This document shows, piece by piece, positions 28,269 through 38,299 of a DNA stretch of 59,978 nucleotides. Both the position numbers and the translations under genes were made by a program. The DNA comes from a virus (taxonomy: Duplodnaviria > Caudoviricetes). Within the stretch, counting starts at the first letter, position 1. The number at the start of each line of letters is the position of its first letter. Where the stretch lies: IMG/VR virus record IMGVR_UViG_3300036781_000826, positions 1 to 59,978 of that record. One strand, 5' to 3'. Under the pieces are notes generated by a model. That model saw nothing but the letters and a program-made list of their open reading frames with translations. It had not been told where the DNA came from and did no database searches.

Positions 28269-29861
28269 ATGTCCGCGATGCTGCGCCTGCCCGATGGCCG
28301 GCGCCTGCCGCGTGAAGAGGCTGAAGATTACCTCGAACTGCTTCGGGAGCGTGATCGCCGCCGCGAGGCCAAGCGGTTGGAGACCGAACGTGAGACGATC
28401 ATCGCCAACTGCGCCACGCTCCACGGCTTCATCGAAGAGTTCTGGCACGTGCTGGAGCCTGTCGCGGTCTTTCGCACCGGCTGGGCGCTCCGGGCGATGT
28501 GCGACCACCTCGAGGCGGTCACCCGCGGCGACATCAAGCGCCTGCTGATGACCGTGCCGCCCGGCATGATGAAGTCCCTGGTCATGGTCTTCTGGACCGC
28601 CTGGGAATGGGGTCCGAAGGGGCTGCCGCACATTCAGGTCCTGGCGACCAGCTTCAGCCAGAAGAACGCCTTCCGCGACAACCAGAAGCTCCGCGACCTG
28701 GTGTCGAGCGACAAGTACCAGGCGCTCTGGCCCGTCGAGCTGCGCACCGACACGAACGCCATCTCGAAGTTCGCCAACACGAAGACCGGTTGGTCGGAGG
28801 CGCGCCCGTTCTCGAAGATGACCGGCGGCCGGGGCAATCGGGTGAAGATCGACGACCCCCACGACACCGAGGGCGCCGAAAGCCCGGTGCAGCGCAAGAA
28901 GACCGTCAAGATCATGCGCGAGGCGATCTCAGACCGCGTGAACGACATCACCAAGGACGCCATCGTCTTGATCATGCAGCGGCTGCACCAGAGCGATTGC
29001 GCCAATGCCGCCAAGGCGATGGGCTACGTCCACCTGAACCTGCCGATGGAATTCGAGGTCAGGCAGCGGTGCGTCACCGTCCTCAGGCCAGCGAACGACG
29101 GCAATCCTGCGCTGCTGTTCGAGGATCCGCGCACCGTCGAGGGCGAACTGCTCTTTCCGGAGCGTTTTCCGGCCGCCGAGGTCGCCCAGCTCAAGCGGGA
29201 CAAGGGCGCCTACGCCTGGGCCGGCCAGTACCAGCAGCGGCCAGCGCCGCGCGAGGGCGGCCTATTCCAGCGCGCCTGGTTCAAGCGCGTCGGCGCGTTG
29301 CCGACGGGCTGCCGGCGCTACGTCCGCGGCTGGGACTTCGCAGCCAGCGAGAGCGAGACCTCGGACTACACCGCCGGGGTCAAGATCACGCGCGATGGCC
29401 CGGAAGGCGCTTTCTACATCGTCCACGCGACCCGCGGCCGCTGGTCGTCAGGCCGGGTCGAGACCGAGGTCAAGTCGGTGGCGGAAAGCGATCGGGCCGC
29501 GCACCCCAACAATGTCACCCAGCGGATTCCGCAGGATCCGGGGAGCGCCGGTAAGGCCTACGTCAAGACGCTGGTGAAGCAGCTCGCAGGCCACTCGGTG
29601 AAGTTCGAGCCCGTCACCGGATCCAAGGAAGTCCGCGCCAAGGCCCTGGCCGTGCAGGCTGAAGTCGGCAACGTCTACATTCTGGAGACCGGCGATCCGG
29701 AGCGCGACGCCTGGATCGAACCATTCCTGGACGAGGCCGAGGTATTCCCCAACGGCGCGCACGACGATCAGATCGACGGCGCTTCGGACGCCTTTAACGA
29801 AGTGGCCATCGAGGTCGAATTCGAGTGGTACGTCGGAGAGGCAGGAGGCGTCGCAGCATGA
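28269..29861 (+). CDS. Terminase large subunit
   Basis: VPPGMMKS, IDDPH, IMQRLH, QYQQRP, WDFA, HDDQID. Confidence 0.95.
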   Translation: MSAMLRLPDGRRLPREEAEDYLELLRERDRRREAKRLETERETIIANCATLHGFIEEFWHVLEPVAVFRTGWALRAMCDHLEAVTRGDIKRLLMTVPPGMMKSLVMVFWTAWEWGPKGLPHIQVLATSFSQKNAFRDNQKLRDLVSSDKYQALWPVELRTDTNAISKFANTKTGWSEARPFSKMTGGRGNRVKIDDPHDTEGAESPVQRKKTVKIMREAISDRVNDITKDAIVLIMQRLHQSDCANAAKAMGYVHLNLPMEFEVRQRCVTVLRPANDGNPALLFEDPRTVEGELLFPERFPAAEVAQLKRDKGAYAWAGQYQQRPAPREGGLFQRAWFKRVGALPTGCRRYVRGWDFAASESETSDYTAGVKITRDGPEGAFYIVHATRGRWSSGRVETEVKSVAESDRAAHPNNVTQRIPQDPGSAGKAYVKTLVKQLAGHSVKFEPVTGSKEVRAKALAVQAEVGNVYILETGDPERDAWIEPFLDEAEVFPNGAHDDQIDGASDAFNEVAIEVEFEWYVGEAGGVAA

Positions 29862-31177
29862 GCCTCTGGCAACGCCTGACCGGCCGCGGTTCCGGCTTCA
29901 ACAACGCCTCGAAGGCCGGTCCCGGCATTGCCGCCTGGTCTGTCGGCCAGCCGGTCTGGACTCCGCGAAACTATCGAGAGCTCGCCGACGAAGGCTTCAT
30001 CAAGAACGCCATCGGCTATCGCTGCACGAAGATGATCGCCGAGGCTGCGGCGGGTATGTGCTTCAAGCTAATGAAGAAGACTGCGGAGATCGAGCAGCAT
30101 CCCTCGCTCGACCTGTTGGCGGCGCCGGCGCCGATGATCGGCGGCAAGGCGCTGTTCGAGGCCTTCTACGCCTACCTGCTCTTGGAGGGCGACACCTACC
30201 TCGAAGGCGTCACCCCGTTCGACAATAGGCCGCCGGCGGAGCTCTGGGCGCTGCGCCCTGACCGCATGAGGGTGATCCCTGGTGACCGCGGGATGCCGCG
30301 GAGCTACCGCTATCAGGTCAACGGCATCGACATCTTGTGGGATGTCGACCAGATCACTGGCCGCGGGCCGATCATGCACCTGCGGGAATTCCACCCGCTC
30401 AACGATTGGTACGGCCTCAGCCGAATCGAGCCCGCCGCCTACGGGATCGACCAGCACAACGAGGCCGGCAAGCACAACAAGGCCCTGCTGCAGAATGGCG
30501 CTCGCCCGTCTGGCGCCCTGATCTTCAAGCCGGTCGTCATCAACGGCCAGGCCCAGAGTGCGCCGCCCGACATCATCAAGGCGGCTGAGAAGCGGCTCGA
30601 GGACGAGCATTCCGGGCCGCGCAACGCCGGCCGGCCCATGGCGCTGGGCGGCAACATCGACTGGCAGGAAATGGGCCTGTCGCCGAAAGACATGGATTTC
30701 GGCGCCGGCAAGATGGACGCGGCTCGCGACATCTGCACGTCCCTGGGTGTCCCGCACATCCTGGTCGTTCCCGGCTCCAGCACGTTCAACAACGTCGCCC
30801 TGGCGCGCCTGCAGCTCTACGAAGACACTGTCCTGCCGCTGGCCGGGCGGGCGCTGGACCTGCTGAATAGCTGGCTGATGCCGCGCTACGGCGACGGCCT
30901 TCGGCTCGTCCATGACCTCGACAGCGTCTCAGCGCTGGAACCGCGCCGCGAATCCAAGCGCGCCGCAGCTATCAACCTCTTCAAGGGCCAGATCCTCAAG
31001 CGCGACGAGGCGCGGGCGATGCTGGGCTACGATGCTGTTGGCGGCGAACTTGGCGAGGCGTTCTGGACCGGGCCGCCGACATTGGCCGACCCCGAGGCGC
31101 CGTTGCCGGCGAAGAATCCCGCAGAAGGCCAGCCCGACCAAGGCACGGCCACACCCGACACGGCGAACGCCGCATAG
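29858..31177 (+). CDS. HK97-family portal protein
   Basis: LRPDRM; YGLS; NGARPSG; FNN; position. Confidence 0.95.
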   Translation: MSLWQRLTGRGSGFNNASKAGPGIAAWSVGQPVWTPRNYRELADEGFIKNAIGYRCTKMIAEAAAGMCFKLMKKTAEIEQHPSLDLLAAPAPMIGGKALFEAFYAYLLLEGDTYLEGVTPFDNRPPAELWALRPDRMRVIPGDRGMPRSYRYQVNGIDILWDVDQITGRGPIMHLREFHPLNDWYGLSRIEPAAYGIDQHNEAGKHNKALLQNGARPSGALIFKPVVINGQAQSAPPDIIKAAEKRLEDEHSGPRNAGRPMALGGNIDWQEMGLSPKDMDFGAGKMDAARDICTSLGVPHILVVPGSSTFNNVALARLQLYEDTVLPLAGRALDLLNSWLMPRYGDGLRLVHDLDSVSALEPRRESKRAAAINLFKGQILKRDEARAMLGYDAVGGELGEAFWTGPPTLADPEAPLPAKNPAEGQPDQGTATPDTANAA

Positions 31178-31188
31178 GCCCACCAGGA

Positions 31189-31608
31189 GTGACGATGCTG
31201 TTTGCCCTTAAGCCTGGTGACTACGAAGGCCTCTCGAAGGACGGCGCGGCGCGGCGCATGCTGGAAGTATGCCGGATCGCGGCGGCAAACGGCCAAACGA
31301 TGCTCGCGGCTGATCACCTAGATGCCCTGGCTAAGGTCGTTCGCTCGCATGGTCGACAGGCGCTCTGTTCTGATCCGCGAGCGCTGCCGTGGCCGAAAAC
31401 GAAGGGCCATGAGGCCCTCCATGAATTCTGGCCTGATCCAGCATCACCTTTCCGTCTGCTTTCGGTTCGGGCGGCCCACGCGCTCTACCACAGTAACCTG
31501 ACGACAGCGGATGCCGTCGCGGCAATGCCCGACGCCGTACTGCAGGCCATCCCAAACTGCGGCAAGGGCACCTTCGCGGAAATCCGCAGCGTCTTCCCCG
31601 CAACTTAG
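31189..31608 (+). CDS. Protein with RNA polymerase alpha-CTD-like domain
   Basis: LSVRA.HAL....LTT..AV......L.AIPNCGKGT..EI. Confidence 0.75.
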   Translation: MTMLFALKPGDYEGLSKDGAARRMLEVCRIAAANGQTMLAADHLDALAKVVRSHGRQALCSDPRALPWPKTKGHEALHEFWPDPASPFRLLSVRAAHALYHSNLTTADAVAAMPDAVLQAIPNCGKGTFAEIRSVFPAT

Positions 31609-31615
31609 CCCCGCC

Positions 31616-31774
31616 ATGATCGAAGTCCCCAAGCTTCGGTTCGATACAGACAACTCGCGGCCCATCGAGGTCGCGGCTTCGCTCAACCGGCTTGAGGCCG
31701 CCTGCGAACGCCTGGACTTGGCGGCCAAGCGCATCCGACGCTTCACCGGACCGCCATCCTCACGACCCGCCTAG
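31616..31774 (+). CDS. Small hypothetical protein
   Basis: Fills gap before protease. Confidence 0.4.
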   Translation: MIEVPKLRFDTDNSRPIEVAASLNRLEAACERLDLAAKRIRRFTGPPSSRPA

Positions 31775-31782
31775 GAGACCCC

Positions 31783-32667
31783 ATGGACCGCATCGACGTC
31801 AGCGGGCCGCTTCCTGGCGGCCCGCGCGGGAAGTTCTTTGCCCGGGCAACCGGCACGCACTTCACCGCGCTTGCGCCCGCCGACGGCGCCCAGGTTGTCG
31901 AGCTCTACGACGAGATCGGCTTCTGGGGCGTCACGGCCAAGGACTTCCGCGATCAGTTGAAGGACGTCACCGGCGACTTCACCCTGCGGATCAACAGCCC
32001 CGGCGGCGACGTCTTCGACGGCATCGCGATCTTCAACGACCTCGTCGCCCACAAGGGCAAGGTCAACGTCCAAGTCAGCGGGATTGCCGCGTCGATCGCC
32101 TCGGTGATCGCCATGGCGGGCGACAGCATCGAGATCGCGCCCAACGCCTTCTTCATGATCCACGACGCCTGGACTTTCGCGCTTGGCAACCGCCACGACA
32201 TGGAGGCCGCCGCTGGCGTGCTTGGCCAGATCGATGAGGCCATCGCCAGGACCTACGTCAGCCGCGCACAGGTCGGCATCCGCGCAGTGCGCGACATGAT
32301 GGACGCCGAAACCTGGCTGAGCGCCAGCGATGCGGTCGACAAGGGCTTTGCCGACAAGCTGATCGACGCCACCGACGTCCAGCCCGCAGCCGCCAGCGCG
32401 AAGTTCGACCTGACCGGCGTATTCGCCAAGGTGCCGGCCGCGCTTCGCTGGACCGGCGACGAGGGCGCCGAAGCCCAGACCATTCGAGACATCGAGAAGG
32501 AACTCATGCGCGACGCTGGGCCCCGCACTCGGTCGCAGGCGCGCGCTCTGATCGCCGCCTGCAAGAAAGGCCCGGAAGACGCCAAGCGGGACGCTGGCGG
32601 TGAGGGGCTGAAGAGGGTGCTCGCCGCCCTCGAAGCAACCAGCACTCAACTCCAATCCCGAGAATAG
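31783..32667 (+). CDS. ClpP-type head maturation protease
   Basis: INSPGGDVFDG; AASIAS; MIHDAW; ETWL. Confidence 0.95.
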   Translation: MDRIDVSGPLPGGPRGKFFARATGTHFTALAPADGAQVVELYDEIGFWGVTAKDFRDQLKDVTGDFTLRINSPGGDVFDGIAIFNDLVAHKGKVNVQVSGIAASIASVIAMAGDSIEIAPNAFFMIHDAWTFALGNRHDMEAAAGVLGQIDEAIARTYVSRAQVGIRAVRDMMDAETWLSASDAVDKGFADKLIDATDVQPAAASAKFDLTGVFAKVPAALRWTGDEGAEAQTIRDIEKELMRDAGPRTRSQARALIAACKKGPEDAKRDAGGEGLKRVLAALEATSTQLQSRE

Positions 32668-32676
32668 GAGGCCGAA

Positions 32677-34059
32677 ATGGCCGACGGAAACACCCACATC
32701 GACAATGCGACCGCCGAGGCGATCGAGAAGCAGATCAAGGGCTTCGGCGACAGCGTGAAGGCGCTGTCGAGCGACACCCAGAACAGCCTGGCCGAGATGC
32801 GCGCCCTGATCGATGGCATGCCCAAGGGCGATGATGTCGTCACCAAGGAGCGGATCGACAAGTTCGCCGCCGAGGTCGAGACGAAGCAGAACGCCATCGA
32901 GACCAACTTCAAGGACATCTCGGCGAACCTCGACAAGGTCGCGGCGGCCGTGAACCGCGGCGACCGCGCGTCCTGGAGGGGCGAGAAGGACGATGACGGC
33001 CAGAATGCCGCCTATCAGTTCACGCTCGCTCGCATGGCGCGGAGCGACACCCTGTCCATCGGCGCCAAGGTCGAGCCTGACGAGGCCTCGATCAAGGCTT
33101 GGAGCGATGCCTTCCCGATGTACATGCGTCGCGACGACAACAAGGGCAGCCACGTCAACGACAAATTCCGCGCGTCCTTGCAGACCGGCTCTGACCCGGA
33201 CGGCGGCTACCTCGTCCCGACCGAGACGAGCCAGCGCATCATCACCCACGCCTTCGAGTCCTCGCCCATGCGCGGCCTGGCGTTCGTCGAAACCATCGCC
33301 GGCAAGGAACTTGAAGTCCCCCGGGATGAGGGCGAGGTTGGCTTCGGCTGGGTCGGCGAAACCGCTGATCGTCCCGAGACCACCACCTCGCAACTCGGCA
33401 TGTCGAAGATCGTCGCCCACGAGATGTACGCCTCGCCCCGCGCGACGCAGAACATGCTCGAAGACGCCGGCATCGATATCGAGGGCTGGCTGGCTCGCAA
33501 GGTCGGCGACAAGTTCGGCCGCGCGGAGGCCTCCGCCTTCATCGTCGGCGATGGCGTCGGCAAGCCGAGAGGCCTGCTGACCTACCCCGCCGGCACGAGC
33601 AACGGCCAGATCCAGCAACTCAACTCGGGCGCCGCCGCCGACTTCACCTTCGACGGCCTGATGGACACCGTGTTCTCGCTCAAGGACCCCTACGAGGCGA
33701 ACGCCAACTGGATGTTCAATCGCCTGGGTGTGCGGAACATCTCCAAGCTGAAGGACGGCGAGGGGCGCTACATCTGGGACATGAACAACGTCAACGAAAA
33801 GCGCGGGAAGTCGATGCTGCTCGGCTATCCCGTGAACCGCGCGACGGACATCGCCGCTCCCGGCGCCGGCGCGCTGATGGGCGCTTTCGGTGACTTCAAC
33901 CAGGGCTATACCATCGCCGACCGCTTGGGCATCACCACCCTGCGCGACCCCTTCACCGCCAAGCCCTACGTGCTGTTCTACTCGCGTCGGCGCGTTGGCG
34001 GCGATGTGGTGAACTTCGAGGCGGTGAAGTTGATCGTCGGCAGCGCGTCCTCGAATTAA
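32677..34059 (+). CDS. HK97-fold major capsid protein
   Basis: DGGYLVP; WVGE; GDG.GKPRG; LKD.EGRY.W; FGDF; RVGG. Confidence 0.96.
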   Translation: MADGNTHIDNATAEAIEKQIKGFGDSVKALSSDTQNSLAEMRALIDGMPKGDDVVTKERIDKFAAEVETKQNAIETNFKDISANLDKVAAAVNRGDRASWRGEKDDDGQNAAYQFTLARMARSDTLSIGAKVEPDEASIKAWSDAFPMYMRRDDNKGSHVNDKFRASLQTGSDPDGGYLVPTETSQRIITHAFESSPMRGLAFVETIAGKELEVPRDEGEVGFGWVGETADRPETTTSQLGMSKIVAHEMYASPRATQNMLEDAGIDIEGWLARKVGDKFGRAEASAFIVGDGVGKPRGLLTYPAGTSNGQIQQLNSGAAADFTFDGLMDTVFSLKDPYEANANWMFNRLGVRNISKLKDGEGRYIWDMNNVNEKRGKSMLLGYPVNRATDIAAPGAGALMGAFGDFNQGYTIADRLGITTLRDPFTAKPYVLFYSRRRVGGDVVNFEAVKLIVGSASSN

Positions 34060-34189
34060 GCGCTCGGCCGGGCCAAGCCCGGAACCGTAGAGGCCGCGGC
34101 GGCGTCAAGGCCCGCCGCCGCGGTTCGCCAACCCTTCACCGCCTCGGCGGACGGCCTCGTTCCCACCACTCGCAGAAGGAGGGCCGCCA

Positions 34190-34615
34190 GTGCGCGACCT
34201 GTTCAACCACATCAACCTGAAGCCGGTGATCAACCCGGCGGCCGGTCCGACCGACAACACCGCGCAGGTCGGCGCGATCATCGACAAGCAGGGCTTCAAC
34301 AGCGTCACCTACGTGATCTCGACCGGCACGCTGGCCGACGCCGACGCCACGTTCGCCGTCACCCTGACGGAGAGCAACGACAGCGGCATGGCGGGCGCCA
34401 CGGCAGTTGCGGCGAAGGACTTGCTGGGCACGCTCGCCCTGGCCGGCTTCATCTTCTCGGACGACGGCAAGTGCCGCAAGGTCGGCTACATCGGCAGCAT
34501 GCGCTACACGCAGTTGACGATCACGCCCACCAACAACACCGGCGCCGCGCCGATGTCCGCCGTGGCGATCCTGGGGCACCCGTCGCTCCAGCCGACTGCC
34601 AACCCGCCGGCCTAG
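34190..34615 (+). CDS. Capsid-adjacent structural (decoration-like) protein
   Basis: ID..GF.SV...GY.G..RY; AAGGAGG RBS. Confidence 0.7.
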   Translation: MRDLFNHINLKPVINPAAGPTDNTAQVGAIIDKQGFNSVTYVISTGTLADADATFAVTLTESNDSGMAGATAVAAKDLLGTLALAGFIFSDDGKCRKVGYIGSMRYTQLTITPTNNTGAAPMSAVAILGHPSLQPTANPPA

Positions 34616-34703
34616 GCCGTCTCAGACCCGCCGGGCGGCCGGGTAAGCCGCCCACCCCATTCCTGACGGGCCGACAGCGCCCCTGCGAACCCATGGAGCG
34701 CAC

Positions 34704-35291
34704 ATGCTCGTCAAAGTCATCAAGCCGTTCCCCTACAGCCCGGACGGCATGAACATCGTCCACCACGCTCCGTCCGAAGATCCGGACGCCCGCGTGGAGA
34801 TTGATGCCCGCCACGCCGTCGGCTTGGCCGGAGAGGGCTACATCGACGGGGAACCCCACGGCCTGACCGCGATCTCGCCGCTGCGCCGCGCCGAATTGAT
34901 CACGCGCCTGGTCAAGGCAGTGAGGGCTCGGCTTGAGGACACGTCCGACGAGAGCATCCTTGAGGCCATCGCGCGGTTGGACCGCGACGAGAAGGCGCGC
35001 GCCGAAGCCGACGCCCAGGAGGAAGGCTATGCTGAACCCGCCGCCGCCGACCAAGCCGCCGCCGCTGGCGATCCCGCCGCATCTGCTGAAGGGCAATCGC
35101 AAGGCGAGGCGCCCGATCAGTCCGAGGTAGCGGCCCAAGTAGCCGCAGCCGTCGACATCCCGCCGACCTGGCAGGCGCTGCACCACACCAAGCAGGTCGC
35201 CCTCGCCAAGAATTTCGACGCCAGCGTTAAGACCAAGGCCGAGGCTGTCGGCGCCATCGAGGCCGAAGTCGCCAAGCGCGCCGCAGCCTGA
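34704..35291 (+). CDS. Hypothetical head-region protein
   Basis: GGAG RBS; low-complexity linker. Confidence 0.65.
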   Translation: MLVKVIKPFPYSPDGMNIVHHAPSEDPDARVEIDARHAVGLAGEGYIDGEPHGLTAISPLRRAELITRLVKAVRARLEDTSDESILEAIARLDRDEKARAEADAQEEGYAEPAAADQAAAAGDPAASAEGQSQGEAPDQSEVAAQVAAAVDIPPTWQALHHTKQVALAKNFDASVKTKAEAVGAIEAEVAKRAAA

Positions 35292-35306
35292 GCGAGGGCT
35301 TAACCG

Positions 35307-35579
35307 ATGACAACCCCGGTCGATCCCTACGAGAGCTACGGCAAGACGCTGGAATCGTATGGTCGCACCAGCCGGGCAGTTACGCCTGGCGCCGCCGACA
35401 TTGACCCGGTGCCGAAGGCGGTCGTGTGCCTGACGACCGGCAACATCACCGTTGTTCCGCTCGGCAATTCCGACGATGCCACCGTGGCCTTCGTCGGCGT
35501 CCCGGCCGGCTTCATGCCGCCGTTCCGCGTCCGGCAGGTGACGGCCGCCACCGCAACGGTCGCGACGGTCGAGGATTGA
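35307..35579 (+). CDS. Head spike base protein (RcGTA Rcc01079-like)
   Basis: AVTP...KAV....GNITV...F..VPAG...PFRV..V. Confidence 0.7.
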   Translation: MTTPVDPYESYGKTLESYGRTSRAVTPGAADIDPVPKAVVCLTTGNITVVPLGNSDDATVAFVGVPAGFMPPFRVRQVTAATATVATVED

Positions 35580-35581
35580 GC

Positions 35582-36172
35582 GTGCCGCTGGTTGTCGAGG
35601 ACGGGACCGGGGTCGCGGGGGCGGAAAGCTATGCCTCCGTCGACGCGGCCACGGCCTATTGGGTCTCGCGACCGCAGGACGCCAATGCGGCGGCATGGAC
35701 AGCGGCGGCCGGCGTCGACGGCAAGCAGGAGGGCGCGCTGCGCGAGGGCGCGGCGTTCCTCGACGCAACCTGGGGCCTGCTCTACCGCGGCAGCCGCAAG
35801 ACTGCCGCCCAGGGCCGCCCTTGGCCCCGCGTGACCCGCGTCGATCTCGATCCGGCCAGGTTCTGCTCCATCGACGACTTTACCGCGGCGCAGGCACTGA
35901 CCGATCAGCCGCTGTTCGGGGCCGATGGCCTGCAACTGGCCGACCTGCCGGCGGAGATCATCGCGGCGAACATCGAGCTCGCCGCGCGCGCCACGATTGC
36001 CCGCCTGGCCGCCGACAAGGACGAGACCGGCTGGTTGAAGAGCCGGACGGTCGGGCCTATCGCGCGAGAGTGGGGCGGTCCAGGCATTCCAGGCGGCTCC
36101 TACGGGTTCGTCGACGGCCTGCTGGCGCCGGTGCTGATCGGCATTCGCAACGCCCAATGGACCTGGGCCTGA
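35582..36172 (+). CDS. Head-tail adaptor
   Basis: LVVEDGTG..GAESYASV..A..Y; Q...WPR; VGPI. Confidence 0.85.
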   Translation: MPLVVEDGTGVAGAESYASVDAATAYWVSRPQDANAAAWTAAAGVDGKQEGALREGAAFLDATWGLLYRGSRKTAAQGRPWPRVTRVDLDPARFCSIDDFTAAQALTDQPLFGADGLQLADLPAEIIAANIELAARATIARLAADKDETGWLKSRTVGPIAREWGGPGIPGGSYGFVDGLLAPVLIGIRNAQWTWA

Positions 36173-36591
36173 TGGACTACGACCTTCAGGCCAGGCTCGA
36201 CGCAGCCGAGGAGTTGAAGCTGAAGGCGCAAGGTGGATCGGGCCAGCAGATCACCATCACCACGCCCTTCGTCGGCCAGTTCGACCCCGCCACCGACACG
36301 ACGACGACCGGCGACCCGACCGTCCGCACCGGCTCCGGCATCGTCATCGAGTACACGACATTCATCCGCTCGGGCCTGCGTAATGAGGCCGGCTCTCTGG
36401 TCCAGGCAGGCGACAAGCAGATGCTGCTGTCGGCGCTGGCGCTGGACGGCTCGATACTGACGCCGCCGCCGGCCGTGAACGACAAGGTCACGCTGGAGAA
36501 CGGCGACAGCTTCACGATCACCAGCCTCGCACCGCTCTCGCCGGCGGGTGTGGCGATCTACTTCGACTGCAATATCCGAGGCGCGAAGTGA
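36172..36591 (+). CDS. Head closure/stopper protein
   Basis: FDPAT; GSLVQAGDK; SPAG; synteny. Confidence 0.75.
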   Translation: MDYDLQARLDAAEELKLKAQGGSGQQITITTPFVGQFDPATDTTTTGDPTVRTGSGIVIEYTTFIRSGLRNEAGSLVQAGDKQMLLSALALDGSILTPPPAVNDKVTLENGDSFTITSLAPLSPAGVAIYFDCNIRGAK

Positions 36592-37016
36592 CCCTCGGCG
36601 CCCAACTTCGCGCCTTCAAGGCGAAGTCGATGGATCGCGTCGACACCATCGTGCGCGAGACGACGCGGACCTTCGCCGGGAGCCTAGTGACGGAATGGAC
36701 GCCACTTGGCGACCCGCTGCTGTGGAAGAACCCGCCGCCGGCCGACTACAAGCCCGGCAACCTGCGGTCCAGTTGGTTCCTGTCGTTCGACCAGGCCTCG
36801 ACCGAAACCACGCTTCGGACCGACATCCAGGCCTTGAACCACGCCGAACTGCTGGAGGGCACGGTCGCGGGGCGCAAGCTCTACATCACCAACAACGCCG
36901 ACCACGCCGGCGCCATCGAGAACGCCCATTCGACGCAGGCGCCGATCGGAATCATGTGGGCGGCCGGGGAATTTCCCAACATCGCCGAGCGCATCGCCAA
37001 GCAGGTCGCCGGATGA
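36588..37016 (+). CDS. HK97 gp10-like neck protein
   Basis: TP.G..W; G.LR.SW; YITNN...E..HS.QAP.G. Confidence 0.8.
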   Translation: MTLGAQLRAFKAKSMDRVDTIVRETTRTFAGSLVTEWTPLGDPLLWKNPPPADYKPGNLRSSWFLSFDQASTETTLRTDIQALNHAELLEGTVAGRKLYITNNADHAGAIENAHSTQAPIGIMWAAGEFPNIAERIAKQVAG

Positions 37017-37414
37017 GTCAGCAGGCGATCCGAGGTGCGCTGCAAACCCAGCTCACGACGCTCGGTTGGGCAGATCAGACGGCGTTCGAGGGCATGGCTT
37101 TCACGCCGACGACCGGCACGCCCTATCAAGAGGTGACGACCGCCTTCAGCGAGCCGAACAGCTACAGCGTCGGCGCCACCTTCCAGGAGCTCGGCGTCTT
37201 CCAGGTCCGGCTACTCTACCCGCTCGACAACTCCGGCATCGGCGCACAGACGACGCGGGCCGAGGCAATCCGGGCGGCCTTTCCGAAGAACCTGGCCCTG
37301 CCGGCAGGCGGACCGACCGTGGTCAAGATCATGCGGGCGGGCGCGATCACGCGTGGCGGCCCCGATGGCGACCGCGACGTGACCATCATCCGATTTCGCT
37401 TCTCCAATCGCTGA
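37013..37414 (+). CDS. Tail terminator protein
   Basis: F.P..G.PY; G.FQV...YP; synteny. Confidence 0.75.
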   Translation: MSQQAIRGALQTQLTTLGWADQTAFEGMAFTPTTGTPYQEVTTAFSEPNSYSVGATFQELGVFQVRLLYPLDNSGIGAQTTRAEAIRAAFPKNLALPAGGPTVVKIMRAGAITRGGPDGDRDVTIIRFRFSNR

Positions 37415-37417
37415 ACC

Positions 37418-38257
37418 GTGCCGATTGCCCTGGTGCTCGGCGGCGCGGCGTGCGTCTGGGATGACCTGCGCGCGGCAAGGGCGCTGATTGGTAGCCGCCA
37501 CCACATCATCGTGGCCTGCAACTACGCCGGCCGGGACTACCCAGACGACATCGCCGCGCTCTGCACCGAGCACGCCGAGCTGCTGGCGGGCTGGATCGCG
37601 GATCGCCGCGGCAACGCCAACTACCGCAAGTTCGTCGCCGGGCCGCACTGGACCTGCCGCAACGCCGAGGTGATCGCCGAGCGCTGGCCAGGATCCTCCG
37701 GGCTCTACGCGGTGCAGATCGGGCTCACCGAAATGCAGTGCGCCGCCGCGATCCTCTGCGGAATGCCGCTCGATCACCAGGCCGGCCACTTCATCCGGCC
37801 CGGCGCCTGGACCGACACCGCCCACTTCCGCCACGGCTTCGGCCTTGCCCTACCCACCATCGGCGCCAGGGCCCGCAGCATGGGCGGCTGGACCGCCGAA
37901 CTCCTTGGATCACCCACCGACGCCTGGCTCAACGCCATCTCCGACATCCGCCCGATGGCAGGCCCCACCCGCAAGCTCGCGAGGCCCCCGATGCACCACG
38001 TCAAGAACGTCTCCGACGAGACGCAGCGCTTCCACGCCACCGACGAGAGCGGCCTGCCCACCAAGGTCAGTCTCGCGCCGGGCAGGAGCGGCCATTTCGA
38101 GATCAACCCTCACCAGGCGGCCTTCCAGACTGGCGCGCTGAAGGTGACCGAGCCCAGGCCCGCTGAAGACGCGCCGGCGCCGAAGCCGCGCGCTCGCAAG
38201 GCCGTCGCCAAGAAGCCTGCCGCAAAGCCGGCGAAGAAAGCGGGCCAGCCCGCCTAA
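37418..38257 (+). CDS. Rossmann-like putative transferase in neck region
   Basis: ALVLGGA..VW.D; ACN; GSSGL.A; ILCG.P. Confidence 0.6.
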   Translation: MPIALVLGGAACVWDDLRAARALIGSRHHIIVACNYAGRDYPDDIAALCTEHAELLAGWIADRRGNANYRKFVAGPHWTCRNAEVIAERWPGSSGLYAVQIGLTEMQCAAAILCGMPLDHQAGHFIRPGAWTDTAHFRHGFGLALPTIGARARSMGGWTAELLGSPTDAWLNAISDIRPMAGPTRKLARPPMHHVKNVSDETQRFHATDESGLPTKVSLAPGRSGHFEINPHQAAFQTGALKVTEPRPAEDAPAPKPRARKAVAKKPAAKPAKKAGQPA

Positions 38258-38299
38258 CCCGGCGCCTCGGCGTCACCTCAACCCTGAAGGACGAAGCCC

